This document shows positions 29,024 to 38,946 of a DNA stretch of 62,605 bases, one piece after another. The position numbers and the translations under genes are program-made. Every line of letters begins with the position of its first letter. Within the stretch, counting starts at the first letter, position 1. Below the pieces are notes generated by a model, which worked only from the letters and a program-made list of their open reading frames with translations, was not told the DNA's origin and made no database searches. The stretch lies in IMG/VR virus record IMGVR_UViG_3300048110_000198, positions 1 to 62,605 of that record; one strand, written 5' to 3'. This stretch comes from a virus. Its lineage: Duplodnaviria; Caudoviricetes.

Positions 29024-30795
29024 GCCATAATTGTCCTAATCCATGTAGGTGCGTTTGCCGCTCTGCCGCCTTGACCCCAAAATTTAGCTGATCCTGCTGA
29101 TACTGTTGCACCAGGTGCGATATCAACATGCATACCGACACCGTCCATATAACCAGAGCCTGCACCGATTGAAATAGCACCTGCAGATTTTGCAGCTTGT
29201 GCAAATTGACTTGCGATTTGAGTGTCACGTACCATACTTAGCCGTGTTCCATCTTTGTATATCCATATATCTGCTGCATATCCATGATCATGTCTATTCG
29301 AACCAACAGTACCAGTAGTATGGTCTTGTCCACCTGAGAATATAACAACATCTGTGTTTGTTGCATTAGCCGCAGATAATAAAATTCTCTCAAGTGCAGG
29401 AACAACTTTAAGTCTACGTGTTGCACCTTGGTTTCTGTATGTTACCGTTCCACCTTGACCATCATCGATTGCTTCTTCTGTAGATGCTTCATCTAGTTGA
29501 CCTTCTGCACTGTCTGGATTCGGTGCTATTTCAGACGCTGGACTACTAGGAGTAGCACCAGAGTTAGGTGGGACATTGCTTCTTGACATTGGTTCATGTG
29601 ATGGCATATTAGAAACAATACTTTCATCTACTTGAGTACTTTCAAGATTTTGAATATCTGCATGTGATACAGTTGATATACCAACTGACATTGCCGCTTG
29701 TGGTCCATTAAGATGTAATAGGCTACCAGTAGAAACATACATGTTCGTAGCAACTTTCGTGTGATTGCTACCTCCACTATCGTAAAATTGCGATCCATCA
29801 CTTTTTAAGTGTACTTGATTTTTAGCATTAAGTTTATAATTATTTCCTGCTTTTAGATTTATATCTTGTCCTGCTTCCATGTTTATATTTTTATCAGCAC
29901 GTATGTTGAAATCTTTTTCGGCTCGCATGGAAATAGAACCACTTGCATATGCCATAATCTCGCCCTGCGCTCCAATCTCTACCCAACCAGAACCAGTAGA
30001 GTTTATCATATATATCGTATCGTTTGTTCCGTCAAGTATTATACTAGCACCTGAACCTGTTTGAAGCCTAATCTGATTAGGGTGAATTGTTCCGTCTGGA
30101 CCTACACTACCGTCATCCATTGTTAGTGCATTACTACCCGGTGACTTTAATCCATACACCGTAGAATGCTGTGGGGTTTCATAACTTGCATCACGCACCG
30201 GTGATGCTGTAGTTTGTCCTCTTACTGAATCAGTATACACACCTTGACTTGCTGTGTTTGCATTTCTAGGGTGATTAGGTATTTGATTTTGTCCTCTTGG
30301 ATCATTTACATCTGGGTTTTGATGTTCAGTCAAGTTAGTAGCATTTGATTTTGCTGCTGGCTGATCAGAAAATACACCTTCGCCTTGTCCTGTTCCGTCT
30401 ACAGCTGGTGGTCCCGAAGCCCCACCCGATGCTACATCGGGTACTTCTTGTGCAACTGCAAACCAATAACCACGAGATATATCTCCATTATTTGCAAAGA
30501 ATACCATAACTGTAACACCTGCGTCAGGCGGAGCTGCAAACATACCGTAACTACCACTTCCATTACTGCCTCCAAATGGAGATGCATATTGAAAGAACAT
30601 TGGTTCTTCTGGTGTCCCACCAAATTTTGGGACATAAGCACTAAGTCTTCCTCTACCTTCTGGGTCAGGTTGTCCTGTAGAGATAGCCATGTATATACCA
30701 CTTTCGATATTTGAAAGTATAGGCGACTGTCTATGTTTTCGCTCTCTATTAATAGAGCTTGCTAATCCACCAGTTCCTTGATTATTAATTGACAT
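29020..30795 (-). CDS. Baseplate central spike, gp5/VgrG-like, with C-terminal M15-type Zn peptidase domain
   Basis: DPEGRGRL OB-fold start, PPDAGVTVMVFF, beta-helix repeats, SHEP, then SNRHDHGYAADI...MHVDI. Confidence 0.8.
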   Translation of the reverse strand: MSINNQGTGGLASSINRERKHRQSPILSNIESGIYMAISTGQPDPEGRGRLSAYVPKFGGTPEEPMFFQYASPFGGSNGSGSYGMFAAPPDAGVTVMVFFANNGDISRGYWFAVAQEVPDVASGGASGPPAVDGTGQGEGVFSDQPAAKSNATNLTEHQNPDVNDPRGQNQIPNHPRNANTASQGVYTDSVRGQTTASPVRDASYETPQHSTVYGLKSPGSNALTMDDGSVGPDGTIHPNQIRLQTGSGASIILDGTNDTIYMINSTGSGWVEIGAQGEIMAYASGSISMRAEKDFNIRADKNINMEAGQDINLKAGNNYKLNAKNQVHLKSDGSQFYDSGGSNHTKVATNMYVSTGSLLHLNGPQAAMSVGISTVSHADIQNLESTQVDESIVSNMPSHEPMSRSNVPPNSGATPSSPASEIAPNPDSAEGQLDEASTEEAIDDGQGGTVTYRNQGATRRLKVVPALERILLSAANATNTDVVIFSGGQDHTTGTVGSNRHDHGYAADIWIYKDGTRLSMVRDTQIASQFAQAAKSAGAISIGAGSGYMDGVGMHVDIAPGATVSAGSAKFWGQGGRAANAPTWIRTIMA

Positions 30796-33700
30796 TTATT
30801 CTAATTCCTCTTTAACTTGTATCCTTGCAGATCCTATTTCAATTTCAAGTGTGCCACTGCCATCGGTTTCATCTCTTGGTACCCCAATTTCAAGTAAATC
30901 ATAATTACTAACTACTGTATTTCTAATAGTATCAAATCCCCCTGCCGTTCTACTTCTTATTTCTGGGTCAGCAAAGCTATAGACTCTATTTGGATCTATT
31001 GGATCAAAAGTTATTGTCGTCCCATCAGTCAATTCAATTCCATTGCTTAACCCTATAAATGTTTCTGTGTAAACTGATCCGTCATAATCTAACATTTTGA
31101 CTTCCACTAAATCATTTGTATCATTCCATGCACGTCTAACAGAATCCATATCTGATTGTGCATTGGTGTATTGGTTAATTTGTTCTTCAGTCAATACAAT
31201 ATCAGAACTTGCTTTTGCAACATTCTGTAAATCAATAGGTATTGGATTTTTAACAACAGTTCCATAAGTTACTACTTCTTCTTCGTTAGTATCTGGGTTA
31301 ACAGCAATTGTAGATTTAGTATCAATTGCATCTGATGTTGAAAAATCTTCTTCTGTTACTGTATTCTCTAACTCTTGCATTTCAGACAATCTTTTTTGTT
31401 GATCTTTTTTAGTCCAATCATATGGAACTGCATCTAGTTCTTGATATTCTTCAATCGTAACATCTAAGTCTTCAATAAGTTTTTGTTCTGCTAACAAGAA
31501 TCGTGACGGATCATTCTTAGCTAAATTTTCTATTTCAGTTTGTTTATCAACGAGACTATCATAATAGTTCTGGTCTTCTTCACTCATCATTGACCAACTA
31601 CCGTAATTTTCGTCTAGTAGTCTGACTTGCTCATTTCCTATCTTAGCAAGTATAACTGCTTCTTTGCCTGTAACTAAGGAATTAAATGTTTTTTCACCTT
31701 CAATTCTACTTAGCGCATATTGCTTGTGTGCAGCTACAACTTTTGGATCTACTCTAGGTGATACTTTAAGCTCTCCAGTTCTAATAGATTCAGCACGTGC
31801 TGTTGCAATCGGATTAGATGACATTGTTTCTACTGTTATAGCAGGATTTTCAAGCTGATAATTACTGATAATCTCATCCATACTCATGTAATTTACTGCA
31901 TCCATTTGTACAATCTCATCCGTAACAGCCGTTCTGTCAACATCAATATCTAACGGTTCGCCGTATACTTTATCAAGTAGACCTAGAAATTCCGGTGAAA
32001 CAACAGTTCCATTTTCTATTTCTTCATTGATGATAGTAGCCGCCTCTTCTGGTGTTCCATAAAAGTCAGTAAATTGTTGTTTTAATGCATCTACATCAGC
32101 TTGTGCTTGAGTACTACCATTTGCCGCTAACATTTCTGCCTCAGACAACATAGCGGCATATGCGGCAGAGTCTTTTGCTGTACCTATACCATCATCTAAT
32201 ATTTTATCTGCTTTTGTTATAAGAGAACCTCTAAATCCTTTATACTCTTCGTTTGCAAGTCGTGAAGTATCAGTTAATCCACCTCCGACAGTATCTTGTG
32301 GGGTATAAAATAGGCCAGGTGCTATCACTGGTGCTGCCGAGTCTCCACTACCGCCGGTGCCGCCTCCTCTGCCGAATAGATCACCGAAGTCACGTGGATC
32401 GCCTCGTTCTCCTGAGCCAATGCCGGCTGTATTGTCACCAAAACCTGCAAACTCTCCTGCAGGATCATTTCCGTACCCAAAGCCGTCTCCAATTATTGTA
32501 CTAAAGAATGGGTTAACAGGTAAGAAACTATCTGGTACTGGTATTCTAATCATTTCTAATTGTTGAGTGAACTGACCGCCGCTAAATGAACTTGTTACAT
32601 TTTTTACTGCATACAACATAGTAGCTAATTGTGCAATCTTAGTATTATCGTTATCATCTACGCCAGCAGATTTATTTACAACTACAGTAACAAAATTAGA
32701 TCCATTAATATTAGTAGGGTGACTGCGTTTATCATCTACTGTGTTGTTCAGTCCGTAAATTTCTTTAGCTGTTTTAGGAGTCAAGTATGTATCAATCCAA
32801 TATGGGTCTCCCTTGATAGTCAACTTCATAGTTTCCATACTGATATCCATGTTAACTGCTTCATAAAATTTAGCTTTCGCTAAAGTTATTTCACTTTCAT
32901 CAGATGATGAGAATATAGAAATATTTTGTTTATCACTTAGATAAGGTAACACAGCACGTTTGAATATAACAGGATTTACTAGCATAGCTTCTATAATGTC
33001 TTCTAGCTGTTGTGTAGTCAATCTTGATATCAGATCATCTCCCAACTCTTCCATTATTATTTGATTACTGCTACCCGTAATATTAGTCCAATCACTTCCA
33101 CTAAAGTTGTCTGAAATATTAGATACTTGTCCGTTAACAAAATTAGAAAAGTTTGCTCCCATTGCTTGTGCAACTATTTCATCTCTTCGGTTTGAAATTC
33201 TGCTATTTTCTCTTGCACCTTCAGAAAGTGCAGTATTAGCTGATGTTGCTCTATCAATTAAATCATTGTACTTTTGTCTCTGTTCATTAAAAGCAGCAGA
33301 ATTAACAATATCAGGATCATACTGTTTTGCAATTTCAATTTGTTCAGCTATTGACTTACCTGCCATCTCATCTAATATTTGATTTCTAAAAGCAGAATCA
33401 ACTCCCTGATCTGCCAATGCATTTCTTGAATTTTCTCGTAATGTTGATGATATACCTTCTGCTGAATTTTCTATTTCACTTCTTATACTATCCAAGTTCT
33501 CGACACCTGCATCTCTATCTACTTGTAATGAATTAAGTTGAGTTTCTAGTTGTTCTAATGCTTGCTGCGCCCTTGGATTTAAATCATTGACTATTGCATC
33601 AGTTCCATTTATAAAACTATCTGCGAATGCTGCATCTTCTGGTAAATTATATGCTTTTACTAATTGCCTGTTAAAACTTAAAGACAAATCTAAGATTTGA

Positions 33701-35469
33701 TCATTAAGTCCAGTAAACTGATGATAGTATACCTTTTTACATTTACCTGAATCAAATATTTCTTTAATCATCGTGGCTGAATTTTTTACTTTATTTGCAT
33801 TATCATAATTATTCTGTGTTATAATCTGTGGCTTTGTACATATAAAATAAGTTACTTTATGTCCAGCAACACCAGTCAACACATTAAGCCCACCTGGTTT
33901 TGGCGATGCTGATGGTATTACTGAAACAACTTGATTGAATGTATCCTCTTCAGATGTTAATGCATTTCTAATATCTAAAGATTGAATACAAATATCATAT
34001 ATTGCATCTATAATACTTAAACCAGGAGTTATAGTTCCTATTTGTTCAGAAACATTTACCCCACCTCTACGGACACCTACTGTATTATTTGCAGATCCCG
34101 GTTGAGCGGTTTCATCATTCATTTTAGATTCGCCGTATTCAGTTAAAAAGTCATTGTCAAATTCAATCACATATTCATGTATGAACGCATTTGATGCCGC
34201 AGTACCACTACTGAAATCCTTCTCTCTGATAGTTTCGTTAAGTTTATCTAAGAATGATTGTAATGTTTCTTGTAATGTTTCTTTAATAACAAATTCAAAA
34301 TTATGGTCTATCAAATTTATACTTGAACTAGTAGCATAATCTTGTGCAATCGTACCTTCAATAGTAGTTATAGTACCACGTGTATCAGTTCCAGTTGCCA
34401 CATCACCGATGTTACTAATAACAAAAGGGAAGACTTTAGTAAGATTTTGACCTTCACTGACTTGCGTAACACCTTCATCTGTATATCCTTTAAAGTTTAA
34501 CTTTAGAAAGAATTTTGCTTCTGCAATACTTGAGTATCCAGATAGTAAGGACGCATTCATTAAATTATCATTTAGACTTGTGTTACCAACTTGTACTATC
34601 GAAAACGACATCGAAGTAGCAGTACCTGCTAATTTAGAAGTGCTACTTGACCCAGCACCCAATGATGTTATTTCTAAATCTTGTATATTAAATTCTGTAG
34701 TTACTGCTGTTTCAGCAACAGTAATATATCTCATGTCACTGCTAGGCCAACCATTTGAAATGATAGTATCTATATTAGAAGTTTCGTTAAACATAAAGTC
34801 AAATGCATCTGCTTGATTGACAATGAACAATTCGATGTTATATGTAAAGTTTAGGTATTCATCTAATGCATTGATCCACCATTCATCATTGTTTTCCATC
34901 TGAGTAACAATTTCACTTAAACTTTCAGCATTAGAAAAATTCGTACTTGGTGAAGACGTTGCAGTATTGTCAGATGACGTTATTTCTCCATCACCGCCCG
35001 ATATCGGAGAGTTAGATGGTGTTACTGTTTCATTTCCCGGTCCGGGAGCAGTACCGCCAGTAAAGATGGCAGTTTCTGCTGCTCGTCTACGTACCAACCC
35101 TGGTACTACTTGCTGACTTGCTTTATTATAAAGTGGCATAGCTGCCGCAATTTCTTCTCTTGATCTTCTACCATTATCAGTTAATTGGTCAATACTACCT
35201 ACATTGTACGCAAAACTAGTTAATGCTTGCCTTTCAGCAGGAGTCCAGTTATACGTACTATCATAACTGTCAACATTTGATTCATATCTTCCGAGCTGTC
35301 CTTGTAACATAGTTCTTGCTTCTGCTTCACTAACTCTTATGTTAGGTGGCGAATTTCTATTCCTACTACCGGCATATGATCCATACCCAATAGACCATTG
35401 ACTATGATCCCAGTATGGAGTTGCGCTAAACCCTTCGTATTGTGCAATTAAATCAACAGTGTTTGTCAT
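30796..35469 (-). CDS. Baseplate hub/tail protein with N-terminal GH24-like lysozyme domain
   Basis: EGFSATPYWD...SIGYG, ALTSFAYNVG, GLVRRRAAE; hub-like LTIKGDPYW and FSGGQFTQQLEM motifs. Confidence 0.75.
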   Translation of the reverse strand: MTNTVDLIAQYEGFSATPYWDHSQWSIGYGSYAGSRNRNSPPNIRVSEAEARTMLQGQLGRYESNVDSYDSTYNWTPAERQALTSFAYNVGSIDQLTDNGRRSREEIAAAMPLYNKASQQVVPGLVRRRAAETAIFTGGTAPGPGNETVTPSNSPISGGDGEITSSDNTATSSPSTNFSNAESLSEIVTQMENNDEWWINALDEYLNFTYNIELFIVNQADAFDFMFNETSNIDTIISNGWPSSDMRYITVAETAVTTEFNIQDLEITSLGAGSSSTSKLAGTATSMSFSIVQVGNTSLNDNLMNASLLSGYSSIAEAKFFLKLNFKGYTDEGVTQVSEGQNLTKVFPFVISNIGDVATGTDTRGTITTIEGTIAQDYATSSSINLIDHNFEFVIKETLQETLQSFLDKLNETIREKDFSSGTAASNAFIHEYVIEFDNDFLTEYGESKMNDETAQPGSANNTVGVRRGGVNVSEQIGTITPGLSIIDAIYDICIQSLDIRNALTSEEDTFNQVVSVIPSASPKPGGLNVLTGVAGHKVTYFICTKPQIITQNNYDNANKVKNSATMIKEIFDSGKCKKVYYHQFTGLNDQILDLSLSFNRQLVKAYNLPEDAAFADSFINGTDAIVNDLNPRAQQALEQLETQLNSLQVDRDAGVENLDSIRSEIENSAEGISSTLRENSRNALADQGVDSAFRNQILDEMAGKSIAEQIEIAKQYDPDIVNSAAFNEQRQKYNDLIDRATSANTALSEGARENSRISNRRDEIVAQAMGANFSNFVNGQVSNISDNFSGSDWTNITGSSNQIIMEELGDDLISRLTTQQLEDIIEAMLVNPVIFKRAVLPYLSDKQNISIFSSSDESEITLAKAKFYEAVNMDISMETMKLTIKGDPYWIDTYLTPKTAKEIYGLNNTVDDKRSHPTNINGSNFVTVVVNKSAGVDDNDNTKIAQLATMLYAVKNVTSSFSGGQFTQQLEMIRIPVPDSFLPVNPFFSTIIGDGFGYGNDPAGEFAGFGDNTAGIGSGERGDPRDFGDLFGRGGGTGGSGDSAAPVIAPGLFYTPQDTVGGGLTDTSRLANEEYKGFRGSLITKADKILDDGIGTAKDSAAYAAMLSEAEMLAANGSTQAQADVDALKQQFTDFYGTPEEAATIINEEIENGTVVSPEFLGLLDKVYGEPLDIDVDRTAVTDEIVQMDAVNYMSMDEIISNYQLENPAITVETMSSNPIATARAESIRTGELKVSPRVDPKVVAAHKQYALSRIEGEKTFNSLVTGKEAVILAKIGNEQVRLLDENYGSWSMMSEEDQNYYDSLVDKQTEIENLAKNDPSRFLLAEQKLIEDLDVTIEEYQELDAVPYDWTKKDQQKRLSEMQELENTVTEEDFSTSDAIDTKSTIAVNPDTNEEEVVTYGTVVKNPIPIDLQNVAKASSDIVLTEEQINQYTNAQSDMDSVRRAWNDTNDLVEVKMLDYDGSVYTETFIGLSNGIELTDGTTITFDPIDPNRVYSFADPEIRSRTAGGFDTIRNTVVSNYDLLEIGVPRDETDGSGTLEIEIGSARIQVKEELE

Positions 35470-35470
35470 A

Positions 35471-35767
35471 TTACTTCATCTTATCTATGTTTGTGCGTTT
35501 AGGTACATATATTTTTTTACCTGCTACAAAATCATTTATTGGATCTAGTATAGCATCAGGGTTTCTTTTTGCAAATATCCACCAATACTTAGCAGTGCCA
35601 TATTTTTCAAAACTATATAAGTCAGGTCTTTGATCAAACTCTTGTGGTATGGCGACATACTCATCTAGTGGATCTCTGAAAAGTACTCTAGGTTTTTGAA
35701 TATCTAAAACTCTACTGAATAGGACACTAGTCTTACTCCATGGGGAATGTGATTTATACATAACCAT
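35471..35767 (-). CDS. Baseplate wedge protein, gp53-like (LysM-like)
   Basis: RPDLYSFEKYGTAKYWWIF..RN and IYVP motifs. Confidence 0.75.
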   Translation of the reverse strand: MVMYKSHSPWSKTSVLFSRVLDIQKPRVLFRDPLDEYVAIPQEFDQRPDLYSFEKYGTAKYWWIFAKRNPDAILDPINDFVAGKKIYVPKRTNIDKMK

Positions 35768-36323
35768 CTCCTTTCATTGAGCCACTTAAATATCTATCAA
35801 GTGTAAATTTTTCTCTTACACTCTTGGGAGAATATGTTGTAGTCAAACTCATAACAAAGTTACTGATTACAGGCAATCTGAAATCGTCTACTTCGATATA
35901 ATCAACATCTGCATCCAAGTTATATGTAAAGTCACGTACTAATACAGGAACGTTTGTATATACACCATGTGCTGTAAATCTTAGTACAGGCGGTGGGAGT
36001 CCTTTGTTGGGATCGTTCTTACCGAAATTCATTTTCATCGAACCACGAAAGAAATTCATACCTTTCATAATATGTCTTGCTTGCTCTTCATTCTCAATAA
36101 CAATAGGTGCCGCAATAGTTAGTTCAGCATTCGCTGCCATATCAAATGCTCGTTGTTGAAAGTTAGAATGTGTCAAATCATATGAACTATAGTTAGAACT
36201 TGCGATACTAGTCACAGTAGGCGTGTATGGGAAATTGAATTCTCTCATACCGCTAGGTGCTAATCTACCGCTCGGATCCGTAATGAATACGTTTTGTCTT
36301 GTTGCATATGGATTATTCATCAT
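35754..36323 (-). CDS. Baseplate / tail-tube initiator protein (gp48/gp54-like)
   Basis: FPYTP and PPPVLRF motifs; position in the hub cluster. Confidence 0.6.
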   Translation of the reverse strand: MMNNPYATRQNVFITDPSGRLAPSGMREFNFPYTPTVTSIASSNYSSYDLTHSNFQQRAFDMAANAELTIAAPIVIENEEQARHIMKGMNFFRGSMKMNFGKNDPNKGLPPPVLRFTAHGVYTNVPVLVRDFTYNLDADVDYIEVDDFRLPVISNFVMSLTTTYSPKSVREKFTLDRYLSGSMKGDGYV

Positions 36324-36346
36324 AATCTCCTAGTTTGTGTTATCAG

Positions 36347-36376
36347 TATTTATCGTTGTATAATATACGAATATAA
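36347..36376. promoter_or_regulatory. Conserved 30-bp divergent-promoter motif, copy 2 (includes minus-strand GATAAATA)
   Basis: tatttatcgttgtataatatacgaatataa aligns without gaps to the copies at 26741 and 44057. Confidence 0.65.
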
Positions 36377-36384
36377 TAAAGTAC

Positions 36385-36413
36385 TTGACATTGATAATTT
36401 TAAGTAGTATAAT
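36385..36413 (+). promoter_or_regulatory. Sigma70-type promoter for the gp55-gp47-gp46 operon
   Basis: Exact TTGACA-N17-TATAAT followed by AGGAGA Shine-Dalgarno. Confidence 0.85.
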
Positions 36414-36437
36414 AGTAGTAATTATTAGGAGATTACC

Positions 36438-37331
36438 ATGGCCCGTAGAGGACAAAATTATTTAAACAACAGAGATATGCTCAAGCAGATTCATATTTCT
36501 AAGTCAAATTTCTCATGGTTTGAAGACCGTGACAAGCATCATCAGTTTGATGTTATTATTGATAACGTTGCTGGAGAACTAGACGTTGCGGCTGAAATCC
36601 GTGAACTAGAAGCAACAGCACGTGAAAACCGTGCAAATCGTATTCAAAAAGAAGCATGGGATTTGAATACAGATAAAAAAATGAAACAAGCAAACTTTGC
36701 AGTTGATCATGATTCATTTGAACAAAATGAACTAGTGTTTCGTGTTATGACTTTTGAACACATTCCAGATGAACCTGGACGTAAAGCAAATCCAAAGACA
36801 GTAGCAGATCACAAAGTTAAACTTCCGTTTCCTCCATTCAAACAATACATTATTGATGGAAATGATATCCGCGAAGTTGGTATCTCACATCACAACAAAG
36901 ATAAAGAGTTTGATATCGTTACTGGTCGTGTAACAGCAACACTTGCAAACATGTACATCAAACTAGTAGAACGTTATTCACAACGTGCTAACTGGCGTGG
37001 TTACACATACATTGATGAAATGCGTGGACAAGCATTGTTACAATTGACACAGATTGGTTTGCAGTTCAACGAAGCTAAGTCAGACAATCCGTTTGCTTAT
37101 TATACTGCCGCAGTTAATAACTCATTCACTAGAGTACTAAACATTGAAAAGAAAAATCAAGGTATTCGTGATGATTTGTTAGAGAATAGCGGACAAGCTC
37201 CATCATGGACACGTCAACTTGAGCATGAAATGAAATCAAGTGAACGTTGGCAGAAAGTTATTAAGACTAAGATCACAGACGAAGCAATTCCAACTGAAAC
37301 AATCAAAGAGATTTATGCAGACAATGACTAA
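36438..37331 (+). CDS. Late-transcription sigma factor, T4 gp55-like
   Basis: NYLNN, NWRGYTYIDEM and FNEAKSDNPFAYYT...NNSF motifs; synteny with gp47/gp46. Confidence 0.85.
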   Translation: MARRGQNYLNNRDMLKQIHISKSNFSWFEDRDKHHQFDVIIDNVAGELDVAAEIRELEATARENRANRIQKEAWDLNTDKKMKQANFAVDHDSFEQNELVFRVMTFEHIPDEPGRKANPKTVADHKVKLPFPPFKQYIIDGNDIREVGISHHNKDKEFDIVTGRVTATLANMYIKLVERYSQRANWRGYTYIDEMRGQALLQLTQIGLQFNEAKSDNPFAYYTAAVNNSFTRVLNIEKKNQGIRDDLLENSGQAPSWTRQLEHEMKSSERWQKVIKTKITDEAIPTETIKEIYADND

Positions 37332-38334
37332 TCTATTTAATAAACTTGCATTTTTTACAGACATTCATTACGGCATGCGTAACAACGCACGTCAACACAA
37401 TGAAGACTGTAGTGACTTTGTAGAATGGTTTATCCAAGAAGCAAAAGCAAAAGGGTGCGAAACATGTATCTTTGGTGGTGATTGGCATCACAACCGTGCA
37501 AGTTTAAATATTTCTACGATGAAGTATAGCATCGATGGTTTGCGCAAACTAAGCAAAGCATTCGATAAAGTGTATATGATTAAGGGAAATCACGATTTGT
37601 TTTATCGTGAAAGCCGTGAGATTAGCAGTATCGAATTTGCTAAAGAGTTTGATAACATTATCATAGTAGAAGATACAATGATTGAAGGTGATGTTGCACT
37701 TGTGAGTTGGCTTGTAGGTGATGAATGGAAGAAAGTTCCTAAGATTAAAGCAAAGTATATGTTTGGTCATTATGAACTTCCTACATTCAAACTCAATGCG
37801 ATGGTAGAAATGCCAGATCATGGTGGTCTTAAAATGGATATGTTCAAGAATCAAGATTATGTATTCACTGGACACTTCCATAAAAGACAAGTAAAAGGAA
37901 ATGTTATCTATACGGGTAACGCATTCCCACATAACTTTTCTGATGCGTGGGATGATGATAGAGGTTGGATGTTCTTAGAGTGGGACAAAGAACCTGAATT
38001 CTTTGCATGGAAAGATGCCCCTAAATATAAGAATATCAAACTATCACAATTACTAGATAATCCTTCTAAGTTCTTGCTACCGAAAACGACAGCAAGAATT
38101 TCATTGGATATTGATATATCTTATGAGGAAGCAAACTTCATCAAAGATACATTTATCGAAACATATGATTTAAGAGATTTATCATTAGTTCCAGTAAAGT
38201 CTACACAACACGAAGAAGACGTAGGTGCTGAAATTCACTTTGAAACTATTGATCAAATTGTTGTTGCGCAACTGTCCGCAGTTGAAGGAACATACAACAA
38301 AAATGTCTTAATCGAAATTTACAACAACCTATAA
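37324..38334 (+). CDS. Recombination endonuclease subunit, gp47 / Mre11 / SbcD-like
   Basis: Metallophosphoesterase motifs DIH, GD, GNHD, GH, GHFH; start MTNLFNK at 37324. Confidence 0.92.
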   Translation: MTNLFNKLAFFTDIHYGMRNNARQHNEDCSDFVEWFIQEAKAKGCETCIFGGDWHHNRASLNISTMKYSIDGLRKLSKAFDKVYMIKGNHDLFYRESREISSIEFAKEFDNIIIVEDTMIEGDVALVSWLVGDEWKKVPKIKAKYMFGHYELPTFKLNAMVEMPDHGGLKMDMFKNQDYVFTGHFHKRQVKGNVIYTGNAFPHNFSDAWDDDRGWMFLEWDKEPEFFAWKDAPKYKNIKLSQLLDNPSKFLLPKTTARISLDIDISYEEANFIKDTFIETYDLRDLSLVPVKSTQHEEDVGAEIHFETIDQIVVAQLSAVEGTYNKNVLIEIYNNL

Positions 38335-38345
38335 CGGAGAAAAAG

Positions 38346-38939
38346 ATGAAGAAGATTCTTATTACGGGCAACCGTGATTATGGTTTATGCCAAGCATTAT
38401 GCGACATGTTCGAAGAAAATAGTTTCGAATATGAATGTGCAAGTAGAGCAACTGGATGGCAATTAGATACATACTTAGAACAAGTACGTTTAGGAAATCA
38501 TTTCGTAGAAAATGAATTCAATGTGTTTATAAACAACTCTGCTATGTGGAAATTTCACCAAGTTATGATTGCAGAAAATGTATACAACCGTGCCAATGAT
38601 GCAGACGTACATGCGCATTTCATTCATATGGGATCGACTGCGGATACAGGTGTTAAAGGTAGAACATGGAGATACCCAACAGAAAAGAAAGCATTGCGGG
38701 ATTATAACCGTGATCTAACTTATATGACTGCTGGAGGATCTAATGTTAAGTCAACTCTTTTATCTCCTGGTAGTTTGACTACTGAAAATGTTATGAAAAA
38801 ACACCCAGATAGACAACTAATTGATGTAGAATATATCGCAGATGTTGTTTTATGGTTGCTTAATCAACCAGAATATGTTAATATTAATGAAATTTCATTA
38901 GATCCTATTCAACATGGGACATACGCAAGAGAGAGGTAG
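38346..38939 (+). CDS. Short-chain dehydrogenase/reductase (SDR)
   Basis: Rossmann-like ILITGNRDYGL, INNSA, MGS, catalytic YxxxK (YPTEK), SPG. Confidence 0.8.
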   Translation: MKKILITGNRDYGLCQALCDMFEENSFEYECASRATGWQLDTYLEQVRLGNHFVENEFNVFINNSAMWKFHQVMIAENVYNRANDADVHAHFIHMGSTADTGVKGRTWRYPTEKKALRDYNRDLTYMTAGGSNVKSTLLSPGSLTTENVMKKHPDRQLIDVEYIADVVLWLLNQPEYVNINEISLDPIQHGTYARER

Positions 38940-38946
38940 ATTACTT

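Noticed and set aside
38914-38946. Longer ORF-track starts (also 4992, 26733, 37240, 44094, 49662, 50287, 52726)
   Set aside because: Downstream starts fit Shine-Dalgarno position, gene overlap and family N-termini better.
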